Shown here one piece after another: positions 1 to 13,100 of a DNA stretch of 64,000 nt. The notes beneath the pieces were generated by a model. That model was not told the DNA's origin, ran no database searches, and was given only the letters and a program-made list of their open reading frames with translations. Position 1 is the stretch's first letter. Every line of letters begins with the position of its first letter. The position numbers and the translations under genes were made by a program. Origin of the DNA: Lytechinus pictus (taxonomy: Eukaryota); NCBI RefSeq assembly GCF_037042905.1, contig NC_087251.1, positions 41,480,001-41,544,000 on the forward strand, written 5' to 3'.

Positions 1-952
1 TAACACAGGCAATGTATACCACAACTTATTTTTCAAATATGTTATTTCCTTTAATCTTCATGTCATCAAAATACTATTTTAGTATAGATTATATTTAGGA
101 GGTTTTGGTAAAGATTAGTGACTTTTATAATCTTGAAACTGAAACATTTACAGACCTTAAGAAAACTAAGATTTAAATTGTTTTGATGATGATTATATTC
201 AACATATTGAAAGATGCAATTATTTAACTGTATGAAATATGAATATTGCAAGTATTTGTATGCCTCGATTAACCCAGTGATAATGTTAATTTCATAATGA
301 GATTATCTGCAGTGTCTTTTGAAACATTTCTTTTATGTGTGTATAAGTAATTGTGAAATTGTAAAATATTCATATTCAGTTTATTTTCATTTCAGTTGCC
401 CCTCTTTTGAATGTGATATTTCAGTCTTGCCTCAGCTTTGTTATTGAACTGCAGACCTATTGACCCAAATTCACAAAAGTTTTGGATCTGTAGTTTTGAA
501 ACAATTTAATGCATTTATTACTCTTAAAGCACATATTTGAGGGAGCGTCCAACGCTTTTATCACAGTGAGCTAAGTACATGTAAATGCAGTAGAGAGTAT
601 CCTTGGTGACAGGGTGATTTTAATGCAAAAGCGTTCATTCATTGACTCATTATTAGACGCTCCCTCAATATTCTTGCATAAACCATGATTTTAAACCACA
701 AATTCCAAACCATCTCTGTGAGTTTTGCCTATTGTGATAGAAAAATGCTGGATTAGTAGAGTATTTGCAACAGCAACATGAAAATGTACTAGTAATTTAA
801 TGATAAATTATTAGCAATTTGTTGATGCCTATTACAAAAAATTATGATTTGAAATTCAAAGTGAATTTACCAAATTTTACATGGTAGATATATGGATATT
901 TAAGTTATTGCCTGCTGCATTTTGATTCGTGTTATTTTCTTGATGCTACCAG

Positions 953-1135
953 GTATATGGTGTTGGTGATTTGATACCAGCCATCTTGGCTGCAGAGAGT
1001 AGAGCATCTAACTCAAGGAATTGGAGACTCCATGTTGATATTCTAGAGAAACTCGCCTGTCTTCCTAAGTGCTTAACCAGTGATCAGATCCATTCCAAGT
1101 TTATTCCTCTTTTCTTCAAGCATGTCACTTCTCAT
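953..1135 (+). CDS. PPP4R4: PPP4R4 exon (VYGVGDLIPAILAAESRASNSRNWRLHVDILEKLACLPKCLTSDQIHSKFIPLFFKHVTSH)
   Basis: cag|GTA...CAT|gtgag, 183 nt, phase 0-0. Confidence 0.93.
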
Positions 1136-4100
1136 GTGAGTTTCTAAATAGAAGAACGAAAACAAGCTTCAAATTATTATAAGAAGTGGTTTAATTGAGG
1201 TTAAAATTGTATTTATGAGGATTTTCATATCAGTCATGTCCTCAAGAATGTTGAAAGTTTGCTCTTTTTTTAAATTCATATAAAGTGTATTTTGGTTGTC
1301 TTTATTGACTGATTTATCTTTTTTTTTTGGGGGGGGGCATGGTAGTGAAATATTGAAGTAAGTATGTTGTGTTGTTATTGCAGGTCATTCTTTTACTCTT
1401 TCAATTGTTTGTTTAAAATTGGCTCACCATAAGTTCAGTCCTTTTTATTGCAAGTAGCAACTTTACAGATTTGATTAGTATGAATTACACTTCATAAGTA
1501 TATCCTTCCCACCTGCACAAAATTCACAAATATGAAACATGATTATAAAAATCATTTTATACATTTGACATTAAACCCAGATTGATATCAGGCACAACAG
1601 TTCCTGTTTGTTTTTGTTTTTTACTTCCTTAGATTTGATTTATTGATTTCCGTTTTACAATTGTACATAATATGATAAACATAACATAACAAGGTCAAAA
1701 ATACTACAAGACATAATATAATATATATATATAACATAATCATAGATTTAAGGAAGACTTGCATGAATATTGGGACGATATCTTTTCATTGAATATTAGT
1801 CTATTTATTTTTTCGATTATATGAAAATAATGAATCTTGAATGTGTGCTTTGTTTTGATTTCAGAGAGCTTTGCCAATTCAGCATGCAGCAGCTAGGACG
1901 TTGTGTGTTCTAATGAGAAACTGTAGGAAGTTAGATCATAGACAAGACATGGTAGCTAAACTCATCCATGGTAAGTCACTTACTCAAATATAATGCTCGA
2001 TTTATACAAAAGCCCTGTACTACATGTCCATGGTATATGTATGATTATTACCTGTACAAGGCATTTTAGCAGATAGATAAATGTCATATTTCGCTTGCTA
2101 CGAGACCAACGGGGTAAACATTTGCCATATTGACCTCCCAGTGCTTTGCCCATAGGAACACTGTACAAAAACAGAGGGCAATATTGGCCATATTTCTGCT
2201 AGTGCGCTTGCGTAGTAGGAGCCGATTTTGATCGCTGATTTCAGTACCGGTATTTGCGAAATCTGGTTGCAACCAGTTTGTGAACCAACGCATTGTAGAT
2301 AATGTGCGGTGCGGCCAGTGCATACACATTCCAAGCTGATCAGATCCAAGCGCAAGATGTGTTAACTGTATGTGAGTGCCATGCATGATGCGCAACTGCG
2401 CGGTAATAATTTACGTCACGATTGCTTAGCAGGTATTAGTTCGCCAAGTTTGTGAATAACATGACATTAGAACTAGTGGTAGGCAAAGAGGCATATGAAT
2501 TATTCAAAATTTTAGCTTGAATTACACATTATTCAACTCTAGGTAATAATTATAATATTGACTGGCTCTTCTTTCAGGAAACATCAAATATGTTGCCCTT
2601 AAAAGAACCATATTGCCCTCGCCTAAAGGCTCGGGCCAATATGATTCCGTCGCGGGCAACATATTTGATGTTCCCCTTAACCCTATCTTAACTGGGCTAT
2701 TTCGGACCAGTAGGCCTATATACTGGGGGGGGGGGGTCAATTTGACCCCCCTCAGATCTCGGCTGCTGATTGCGCAATCGCCGCGAAAATTTGCAAGCGC
2801 GTAGAGCCGGATATAAACTACAAGAGTGTATAGTAAAATTTTCAACAACAAAAATTATGATACTTTTATTAATTAATTATGCAAATAAGCATGTGAAATT
2901 TGCCATAAATTTGTTTTTTTGTGTATGTATTTGCCTTTAACTCAATTTATATAGCTAGTAGAATGCTAATTTTTGGTGAGAGTATCAATTATTACATTTC
3001 TAACAAATATCTACAAAAACATAGCAAAAATATAATTAATTTCTTATGTATTTTATTGTTTTTTTAATTCTTATGTATTTCTTTGTTTTTTCAAACCTTT
3101 GTTTTTCCCGATGAACTTTGTCAAGGCCCCTTTTGTGATCATAAATAGCATAAAATAAATCCATTTAAACCAACAAAACTAAAAATAATCATACATTTAT
3201 GATTTTAGGTCAAAAAACACAATTTGCATTGACTTTTTACACGGAATCACGTTTTTGAGCAATTTCTGATGCGCAAGACTTGAAAGTAAAAAGTCAGTGA
3301 GCGGCGCAGTCAAAAAAATTTGTGCGACGGCGTAGTGACAAAATTTGTTGAGGGGGGGTCAAATTGACCCCCCCCCCCCCCCAGTTTAATAAGGGTTAAG
3401 GCCAGTCAATATGATATAATTTTATTTTCACGAGAACCTCCATAACAAATGACTGGTAATTCCCTGTGCATCGTGTACTTTTATCAGTCTTCTATAATAA
3501 GATAAAATATCTTATTTTAGATGAATTTAGATTAAGAATTTAAATGAATTTAGATACAGTAATATTTTCATAGTCATTCATATGCACAAGTAGGGAATAC
3601 TTCATGGTAATATGGACATTAAAAAACTTGCTAAATGCTTTAAATATTGCTTGTAAATACATTGCTTTTTTTTTTCTCTCTCTCTCTTGGTGCACAGTCA
3701 GCTGAAGAAAGTTGTCAATGTTCACTAAATGTTAAAATATCTGTATTTATATTTCTCTTTCTTGTTTTATAGAGTGCTGTAGGAGTAAAAGTAGTCGCTA
3801 TAGGAGGTTATACATTGACATATGTGTCATAGTTATGGAGATGTTCTCTAAATCATTCTTCAAGGATAATTTCATGGAGCCATTGATGGATCTCACAGCG
3901 GATCCTGTTCCTAATATCAGGTATGTAACAGGGCTTCAAGGAGAATTTCATGGAGCCATTGATGGATCTCATAACGGATCTTGTTCCTAATATTAGGTAT
4001 AAAGCAGGGCTTGAAGGAGAAGTTCATGGAGGCATTGATGGATCTCACAGCGGATCCTGTTCGTAATATCAGGTATGTAACAGGGCTTCAAGGAGAATTT

Positions 4101-7100
4101 CATGGAGCCATTGATGGATCTCATAACGGATCTTGTTCCTAATATTAGGTATAAAGCAGGGCTTGAAGGAGAATTTCATGGAGCAATTGATGGATCTCAT
4201 AGCGGATCCTGTTCCTAATGTCAGGTATGTAACAGGGCTTCAAGGAGAATTTCATGGAGCCATTGATGGATCCCATAGCGGATCTTGTTCCTAATATCAG
4301 GTATGTTACAGGGCTTCAAGGAGTATTTCATGGAGCCATTGATGGATCCCATAGTGGATCCTGTTCCTAATATTAGGTATGTAGCAGGGCTTCAAGGAGA
4401 ATTTCATGGAGCAATTGATGGATCTCATAGCGGATCCTGTCCCTAATGTTAGGTATGTAACAGGGCTTCAAGGAGAAGTTCATGGAGCCATTGATGGATC
4501 TCATAGCAGGTCTTGTTCCTAATATTAGGTATGTTACAGGGCTTCAAGGAGTATTCCATGGAGCCATTGATGGATCTCATAGCGGATCCTGTTCCTAATG
4601 TTAGGTATGTAACAGGGCTTCAAGGAGAATTTCATAGAGCAATTGATGGATCTCATAGCGGATCCTGTTCCTAATGTTAGGTATGTAACATGGCTTCAAG
4701 GAGAAGTTCATGGAGCAATTGATAGATCTTATATCTCAACAATTATGGTTCACATTTGGAAAAAATTCAGTGATTCCAAGAGAAGAATTTCTGTTTGAGA
4801 GATGTGTTTATTAAAAAAAATAAGAGTAGGCCTATATTTATTTGTCTAGTTATGATCTTTGGAACCAAATTTGATCAATCCTTTGAATTGATTTGATTTG
4901 TCAGGTTAAAGATGTGCTCTCTGCTTCCTCGGATCAAACATCAGATGAAGCTACCTGAGGACAGAGAGAATCTTCAAGCCTTGGAGTTGGTCGTTAGAAG
5001 GCTACTCTCATCAGAGAAAGATAAAGATGTAGATGTGGCCATTAGACAAGTGAGTGTTATTTACTTATTATTTGTTTTATTTCAAAGGTCAAGTCCACCC
5101 CAAAAAAATGTTGATTTGAATAAATAGAAAAAAATCAAACTAGCATAATGCTGAACATCATCAAAATCGGATGTAAAGTAAGAAAGTTATGGCATTTTAA
5201 AGTGTCGCTTATTTTTCACAAAACGGTTATATGCACAAATCAGTGACATGCAAACGAGACAATTGATGATGTCCTTCACTCACTATTTTTATTGTTTGAA
5301 TTGTACAATATTTCATTTTTTTTACAGATTTGACAATAAGGACCAACTTGACTTAACCATATAGCATTAAACAATGCTAATTCCACATGTTCAGGGAGGA
5401 ATTAATCATATTTCACTTGACACTAAGGAGAAAATTTGAATATTTCATATAATAAAATACAAAAGAAATAGTGAGTGGATGACGTCATTAGTCTCCTCAT
5501 TTGCATACCGACCAGGATGTGCATATAACTGTTTTGTGAAATTAAGCAAAACTTTAAAATGTCATAACTTTCTTATTTTACATCTGATTTTGATGAAATT
5601 TTCAGTGTTATGCTTGTTGGATTTTTCAGACCCCCCCCCCAGTCTTCTTAGGCATCAAAATAGCACAGTCTTTTGAGGATTAATAGGGTATTAGATGCAT
5701 TGATTTTAATCAGTAAAAGTAATAATTTTATGAAGTTTGGCTAGAAACAGAATTGCATTGGATGTGTCGAATAAGATCATGTTTTTAAAAGTAATTTTGG
5801 TTCTGATATGAACTTAAAATATTTTTTACATTCTTGACCACATACCCAGGCATTGTAATTGAAATTAAAAAGAAAAAAAGAAATGTGGCAGAAAAATCTC
5901 TTTGTAATATGGACTTATCATGCAAAGCAACCACTCTCCAGTGAGAATTAATTCTGTCATTTCTCAAAGATTTTAAAGTTTTTCTGTTATCATAAGAGTA
6001 CATTGATGACATTAGTGCCTAAATCAGCAGACTGCCTTGTGAAAGCTGGATGGTTAATAAGATGTTTTCACCGTTTATTTAAAGAGATCCTTTACTTTCT
6101 TTTCTTTTCTTGCAGGCTGTTTTTGAATTGGACAGAATACAAGTTCATGTAGACTCAGTAAGTTTACCCCCCCCCCTTCTCCACTTATACTTAAATACTT
6201 AAATGTGAATTATTCATCTAGAATATTAATAAAACAGACAGACATTTACCATTAGTATGATGAAATATTGAACTTCACTTTTTTTTAATTGTGTAATTGA
6301 TTACTAGAGGCTTTAGATAATGTGGGTTAAGGGTTTCCATGACATTGCTTCGGCGACAACTGCCATGATGGAAAGTATGCACATTAAGCCAAACATAAAA
6401 TCTGTCCTCCAAAACTAAATAAACCATAATCATTATTTTTACATTATTCTGAACCCAAAAATCTATGACAATGCTAACTCTAACCCTATGCCCTCTGAGA
6501 TATTAAGACCAGAGCAAATGTCGCAGGAGCATATGTGGTGTCACCGGTTTGGTATTTGAATTAGATAGTGGCGGGACACCACTGTAATTTTTGTAAGCAG
6601 GGTCCCAGCGCCAAGGCTCCGATCAGGACCTTGCGCACCAATTGAAAAATAATTACAGAAATCTAAACTGATTCAGATCGTTAAGTTATCACTATTCATA
6701 CAAAAATTTTCACATGATATAAAAATTTGAATGATTGAAATCAAAGTATAGAAAGAAGATCACTGAGCAAGATTTCTCAATGATCTTGTTTGAATTTATC
6801 GACCTCCAATGTTACGATGTTGTTTTGAAATTCTTGATTTTTTTCTATCACCTTTCTAGCTGAACATGTCACAGTATTACGAAGACGACATGCAAGACAG
6901 AAAGAAAGAGGCTGAGGAACGTTCCATGATGGAGATTGAGAGAAGGAATATGGATGAAGGAATAGAGAAAGGAGCAAGAGAGAAAGGATCAGCCAGGCAT
7001 ACAGAGAAGAAGAAAGAAAAAGAGAGCAAAACAGAAAAGAACGTTCATACACACAGTCAATCTAATCCAGCATCCGCTCCATCAACTTCTTCAAGAAAAG

Positions 7101-10100
7101 GTTTGTCAATTGATCAAAGCGCAATATTTGTGCAGTTTTCTGAGTTGGAGTGATCTGTTTAACTTTGTATTGTGTGTGTATGATATTATTTGGTCTTGAT
7201 TTTATTCCTCTTCCGTGTAACTCTTTATACATTATGCTAATGTGCAGTATCGAGGAGAAAAAGAGGACACACACATGCACAAATGCTTACACATGAAAGA
7301 CAATTAGATAGAAAATTGATAACAGGTAAAAAAATAGTAAGAATTGCTTGTAGAGAGTAGGTTTGATTCAATATACTAATGAGAGAATTGGCATTGCCCT
7401 TTTTCAAGAGCCAGTTTTAGCAGTGATTTGGTATAGGGGATGCTTGAATTAGTCTTTATATTTAATATTGGTTTGTGTGTCTGTTTAATTATTATCCACC
7501 TTTATGAAGGTAAAGTTTTCACCTTTTAGCTTATCCACACTGATTTGGTTTGCATGTTTTGCTCGAGGGCGTTTTTTTTTTCCACTCCATTTTATTCATA
7601 AAGATTGTCTCATAATACTTGATAAATAAGACAGTTTATTAGTTTCTTAGCAATATCAAAGCTTTGCATATTATTAGAATGCACAATGTGAGTTATATAA
7701 TTTCAATTTGCATGATCATTTGATAGATAAAATAGATTATTTTGGTACATAGATTTGTTATTTAGAAAAGGGTAGCTGTGCATGATTCTTTGGTTTTAGC
7801 TCAATGCAGTGGTGTTATCTGAAGCATTTATTTATATATTTTCTTTGTACTCCTCCAATATTTTCCTTTTCATTTTAATATTCAACTTGATTGATTATTT
7901 GATCGTGATTTTTTTTTTGTAGGAGGTTAGTTTCTCATTTCATAGAGTCTAGGAAGTACAATTATGCTGATATTGCTTTTCGATACTCAAATTTGATTAA
8001 GATTTCTTTTAAAGCTCATTTGATTGTTCTTTCACATTCAAGTGCAATGTCATGCTTTAAAACTATCATAGGAATGGCATTTACAAGCTTTGAAGTTTTC
8101 TTTAGTCATTCATTCTAGGGTTTCGTTTTAAAAATGTACAACAAATTCAAATTTTTCTATGAAAGCTTGACATCAGCCAGTAAAAAACTAAATTTTCTTG
8201 TCTTTTAACATTTTTCAGAATTTTGTTTTTCTGATTTTTTATACGAAGGCACATTTTATATTTGAGACTCTAATCTCCTAATCTTAACCACTGCATGAGT
8301 TTGCTGTGCTTGCTTTGTTTCTATCCTTCTTTCCACTCTATATCTCTTTCTGTTTGCAGTGTCTAAAAGCACCAGCCACAAACACAGTAGTACACCGTCA
8401 GGGGGCAAGAGCTTCCTGACTAATGGCCCCCAAACTAGCAAAAATATTGCCTCGTCATCATCAACCAAAAGCTCAGTCTCGAATGGTCCCCACTCGGGCA
8501 AAAATGTTGCTTCGTCATCAACAAAGAGTTCGGTGTCTAATGGTACCCCCACTGGCAAAAATATTCCCTCGTCATCAGCAAAGAGTTTGGTGTCTAATGG
8601 TCCCCCTAGTGGCAAACATAATGCACCAACATCGTCTTCCAGGAAGACTTCCCCTCCACAGGGTCCTCCAATGAACACTGCTATTAGAGGTATGAAGCAT
8701 TTAGATGATACTCTGGAGTATTTAAAGAGGGTTTCGCACTGAGCCTGTGTAGAGCTACATAGTTTTGCATGCCGACTACGCCAAAGTTGGCTGAATGCTT
8801 ATGGTAGGAAAAATATTGCTCCTTGCACGATTGACGTAGTTATGGAATTTTTTATTGCAATTATGAAATGAAGTCTGGATATTTCTTTAGACTAGCGCAG
8901 GCTGGCGTACTCTTGTGCAGGTACATCATAGAGAAGCGTAGCTTTGCGTATAAATCTTGCACCATTGTGTAGTAATGCATAGACTTCCGTAGAAATAAAG
9001 AGTCTAAGAAGTGTATGCTAACATGATTGTATATAGTATGGAAGATGTTGATTATCGTGGTAGTATAGAATCGGTAAAGGAAATAATCTGTTGTCTCACG
9101 ATGCGGCAAACTGAAATTGCGACGTTGCGACTGCACCTGCTAGTCTTCGTCAGGCAATGAAGTGGACAATCGCTGTGTGCGCCTTTTATACCGTAAGCTG
9201 CGTGCCGTCGGTGCCGGCACCGCCGCGCTACGATTGGTCGGAGTAACCGACCAATCAGGGCAGCTTACGGTATAAAAGGCGCACGCAGCGATTGTCCACT
9301 TCATTGCCTGACGAAGACTAGCAGGTGCAGTCGAAACGTCGCAATTTCAGTTTGCCGCATCGTGAGACAACAGATTATTTCCTTTACCGATGATTGATTA
9401 TGTTTTGCATACATGTACCTTGATGTTGCCCTGTCCTACAGTGCTGTAGACCATTCATTGTAGGCATCGCATAGAGTCTATGCAAGTTCATGTAACTCTA
9501 CGCAAAGCTTGGTGTGAAACACTTCAGAGAAAAAAAAAGCTTGTTATAAATTTGAATAGTCTTACAAAACCATGACGACTTTGATAATTCAAAGGTGCTT
9601 CCTTGATGCATGCTTGTGAGAAATACTTAAACAAGGAAGTGAAATAGTTCGAAAATTATATTAAGAAAGCATTGTGTTGTATTATCAAATGATGATAATT
9701 CTTTATAAATGTAAAGTATGAATTCAGATTCATTTAATGAATATTGAGTCTTTCATATGTGGGTATCAAACTTGTTCTTGTATAAAGTATTCATCATGGT
9801 TTGAGCTCTGCCCATGTGAACCCAACACTAAATTTCAGTATTAATTTTCATGCCTGTTTTTCACCTACATGTACAAAAACTAGCATAAAGACTTTTGCAA
9901 ATAAATTTATTATACTTAAACCTGCTAGTAAGAGATTGGTCCATGTAGATGAATAATTCTTATCAGGTCAAATAACCATTATCTAAAAGAGCCTTTCTAC
10001 TTATTTTTATCAAATGAACCGAACATTGCTTAATGATAAAGTCTATCTAATTGATATTTTTTTCTGTTGGCTACACTTATTTCTTGTTTTTTTTAAACTA

Positions 10101-13100
10101 TATTTTAGGTAGAATTATGACTTGACATGTATGTTTAGATTTCCTTGCTGTTGAAAACTCAATATTAGATCGCTTTCTACTCTTTAACATTTTTTCACTG
10201 GAGCTTTGGTTGAGACCACTATACCATGATGTGATATAGATATAAATGATGATGTATTTATATTTTTGACCATTTATAAAGGAACAAGAACTATTATTTG
10301 GACTGTTTATTTTGATGTAGTCGGAAGCTCTTAGTTTCACCCCATGGAAAACTGATATTCAAAGGCCGCCATTATCAAATCAGCAATTTTATCATATTTT
10401 TCATTGACCTTGTACACTGAATATTAATGAATAAAACAATATCTTATGTTCTGTTCTTTTCAAACAGGAAAAAGTAAGTGGTCCTGTTTATTGTTGTATT
10501 AGACATTGGATATTCATTAGTTCATTTCACTGCATAATACTTTTTAAACCAGAAATACTGTTACATTAATCCATTATTTTCTGTTATATTTCCATTCATG
10601 AAAGCAAAAGGAGTAAATAAATATTAAAAAAAATAATGTGGATAAACAATAATATGTGGAAGAATATTGAATACCCCATAAGTGAAAACCCATAATTTCA
10701 TTTTATAGTTCCATATATATCTCACTTTTCATTTTGTTTGTTTGATTGAAAGGTGATTCAATGCATGACGAATTTTCATGTCAATGTATGCATGCATAAT
10801 GCATGCTGCATGCTTTTTTATTATCTTCTCATTGTATTCTAGTATATGCATGGATTAATGATTTCTTTATGTGATTTTAAATAACAATTTCTTTATTGTT
10901 TAATGCATAAAATATAATGTGCTTTGTACCCTTCACTGCAAGCATTGAATTTCACATCAAAGAATGGATTTAGTTGGGTATTTTCTACAGGATAATTGCA
11001 CAAAAATGATTAACGCATTTTAAATGTTGGTTTATTTTGCATATGAATATAGTTATCTTTTAATATTTACTGCAAAATAAGTTAATCATTTGAAAATGTA
11101 TTAAATTGCATTCTACATTACAGCTGATTGTACTAGTCATAACTGCATGGAAGCCATATTCAACTTTTTTATTTTCTCATCTAGTTTATATACATGAATT
11201 TTATATTCTTTAATAGCAATAATGATGATAATGTTGATTTAGTACTTCATGCAATTCATTGTATGCCATTTTCCATTAAGCTTTAATAGCTGATTATAAT
11301 CATAAATAAGGAACTTTTACATATGTTTTTTTAAATATAGACAAGAATGCCTGGAAACATTGATAAGCATGTGGCATGTCAACCAAACAGGATTATGTCT
11401 GCAATTTTCCATTCTGTGAAGTCTTTATTTCGACTTTTTTAAAATCATTTTCATCGTTTGTTTTATTCTGTGTTTGTTGTTGAAGAGATGCATTATTTTT
11501 TTATATATTTTTTTTTTATTGAACTACACGTACCTTTGTTAGGGCTTTGTAAAGTTACATTACAAAGGCACATTCTACATACACTATTGCAGGGGGAAAA
11601 ATCTGTCATTTTTTGTTATTTTTTAAAGTTGAATGACAGATTCTTATAATTTCTTATGTCGAGGGTGGAAAGGTTACATCGAATGTATTGTACTTCGTTC
11701 ATTTTGTGCAAATTTGATCTTTTGTTACATGAAATTTGATGAAGGTGAAGCACGTAACATTTTCTTCATTGCTTTGTTTAGTACAATGGGCTTACAATAC
11801 TACTATGAAGTTTATCCCTGCGATTAGATATGAATGATTAGATACATTGATGTTACTAAGTGGATTTTATTCAAGTTTATTAGGCATTATCAAACTAAGA
11901 ATGTTCCATTAAATAGTGAATTAATCTGTTATTTTAGCTGGAAATCTCTCCGGTTCTATTTTGTAGTATGATTAATCAGAATTGAAGGTCATGTTATTTC
12001 TTTTAGATGTGATGTTACAATATGATATTATTTATTATGTGTAATAGGATGCATTCATTACATGTATATGCATGATTATATGTTTTCTCAATCTTTGTAT
12101 TGTCTGTCTGTTTGTCTATAGCTGCATCTCACAAGGCCCAGAAAGCACCCAAGAGTGAGGTATCATCAGCGCCCCCCTCTAGGACATCCACCAGGGCGGG
12201 GAAGAAGTCACCCTCGGCTACTCTCCTTGAACCAAATAATAACGTCAAGTCAACCACAAGGTAAGGGGGCATCTTAGATAAAGGACAGAGTGGGCGGTTA
12301 TCACTGGCTTATTTGTTCTGGGCCAATCAGGTGCAAGGATTTGCATTATTAGCTTATAACAATTGTCAGTGAAACACTATTTCTTTCATGAAATGCTCCT
12401 TAAATTAGATTCTTGAGCCCATCTTGCCAAGATATGCTTGATTCAAATCGCACCTTTATTGCGATTGTTCTCAGCTGCTATTGATTAAGTAAATAATTGA
12501 GATTAATATTAATGTATTTAACCAGGAATAAGCTGAAAACCTTTTTGTGTTATAGAAAATGGTCGTGCACTTATTTCATTAAACATTGAGTATCACTGAA
12601 GTTCTGAAAGCTACAGATAAATCTCTTTGGTAGTGATTGAGAAAAATAAGATATAAAAGGGAAGTGGTGAACTGAAGGAACTAGAACATCGATGTAAGAT
12701 ATAGGAGAAAAAAAAAGATTTACCCATATAGACACACAGAGAATAGCTAAGTGATATGGAAAGGAGCCATAAACAGGTCATAAAATCTTGTGAAAATAAG
12801 GTTTTTGAAGATATCATTGTAGGATATGTTTATGAATTTCTTTATCTCTCCTTTCCTATAACACTTTCCATTTGTCTATGCTGGCTTTTCAATTTCAATA
12901 TTCAATCTTCTCTGATGAAAGACAAAGAATTTCCTTCATTAAGCTTCCTGATTGTAAAAGAAAACTTTGATGTTTTCCTGCATCACCTTTTCCTCATTTC
13001 TAAGCATTTTGATGTTGAAAGCCTTTTTTGTACTGAATACCTTTTGGCATCTTCGCTTGCAATGCTTGATGGGATAGCATGGATGCATTGATTGTTTTCT

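Larger units (their letters stand above)
8725..9525. mobile_element. Old degenerate inverted-repeat element hosting the hammerhead palindrome
   Basis: GTTTCGCACTGAGCCTGTGTAGAGCTACATAGTTTTGCAT (~8730-8770) is an imperfect reverse complement of ATGCAAGTTCATGTAACTCTACGCAAAGCTTGGTGTGAAAC (~9480-9520). Confidence 0.55.

Noticed and set aside
2084..2395. 103-aa ORF in CpG-richer intronic DNA
   Set aside because: No recognisable domain or splice context; probably the interior of a repeat
3858..4730. CRISPR-like regular array
   Set aside because: The units are contiguous with no unique spacers, derive from a eukaryotic exon, and no cas genes are present
8256..8678. 140-aa antisense ORF with repeats
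   Set aside because: Shadow of the repetitive PPP4R4 exon
9116..9158. Second active hammerhead on the - strand
   Set aside because: The conserved GAAA is mutated to GCAA, so it is probably inactive
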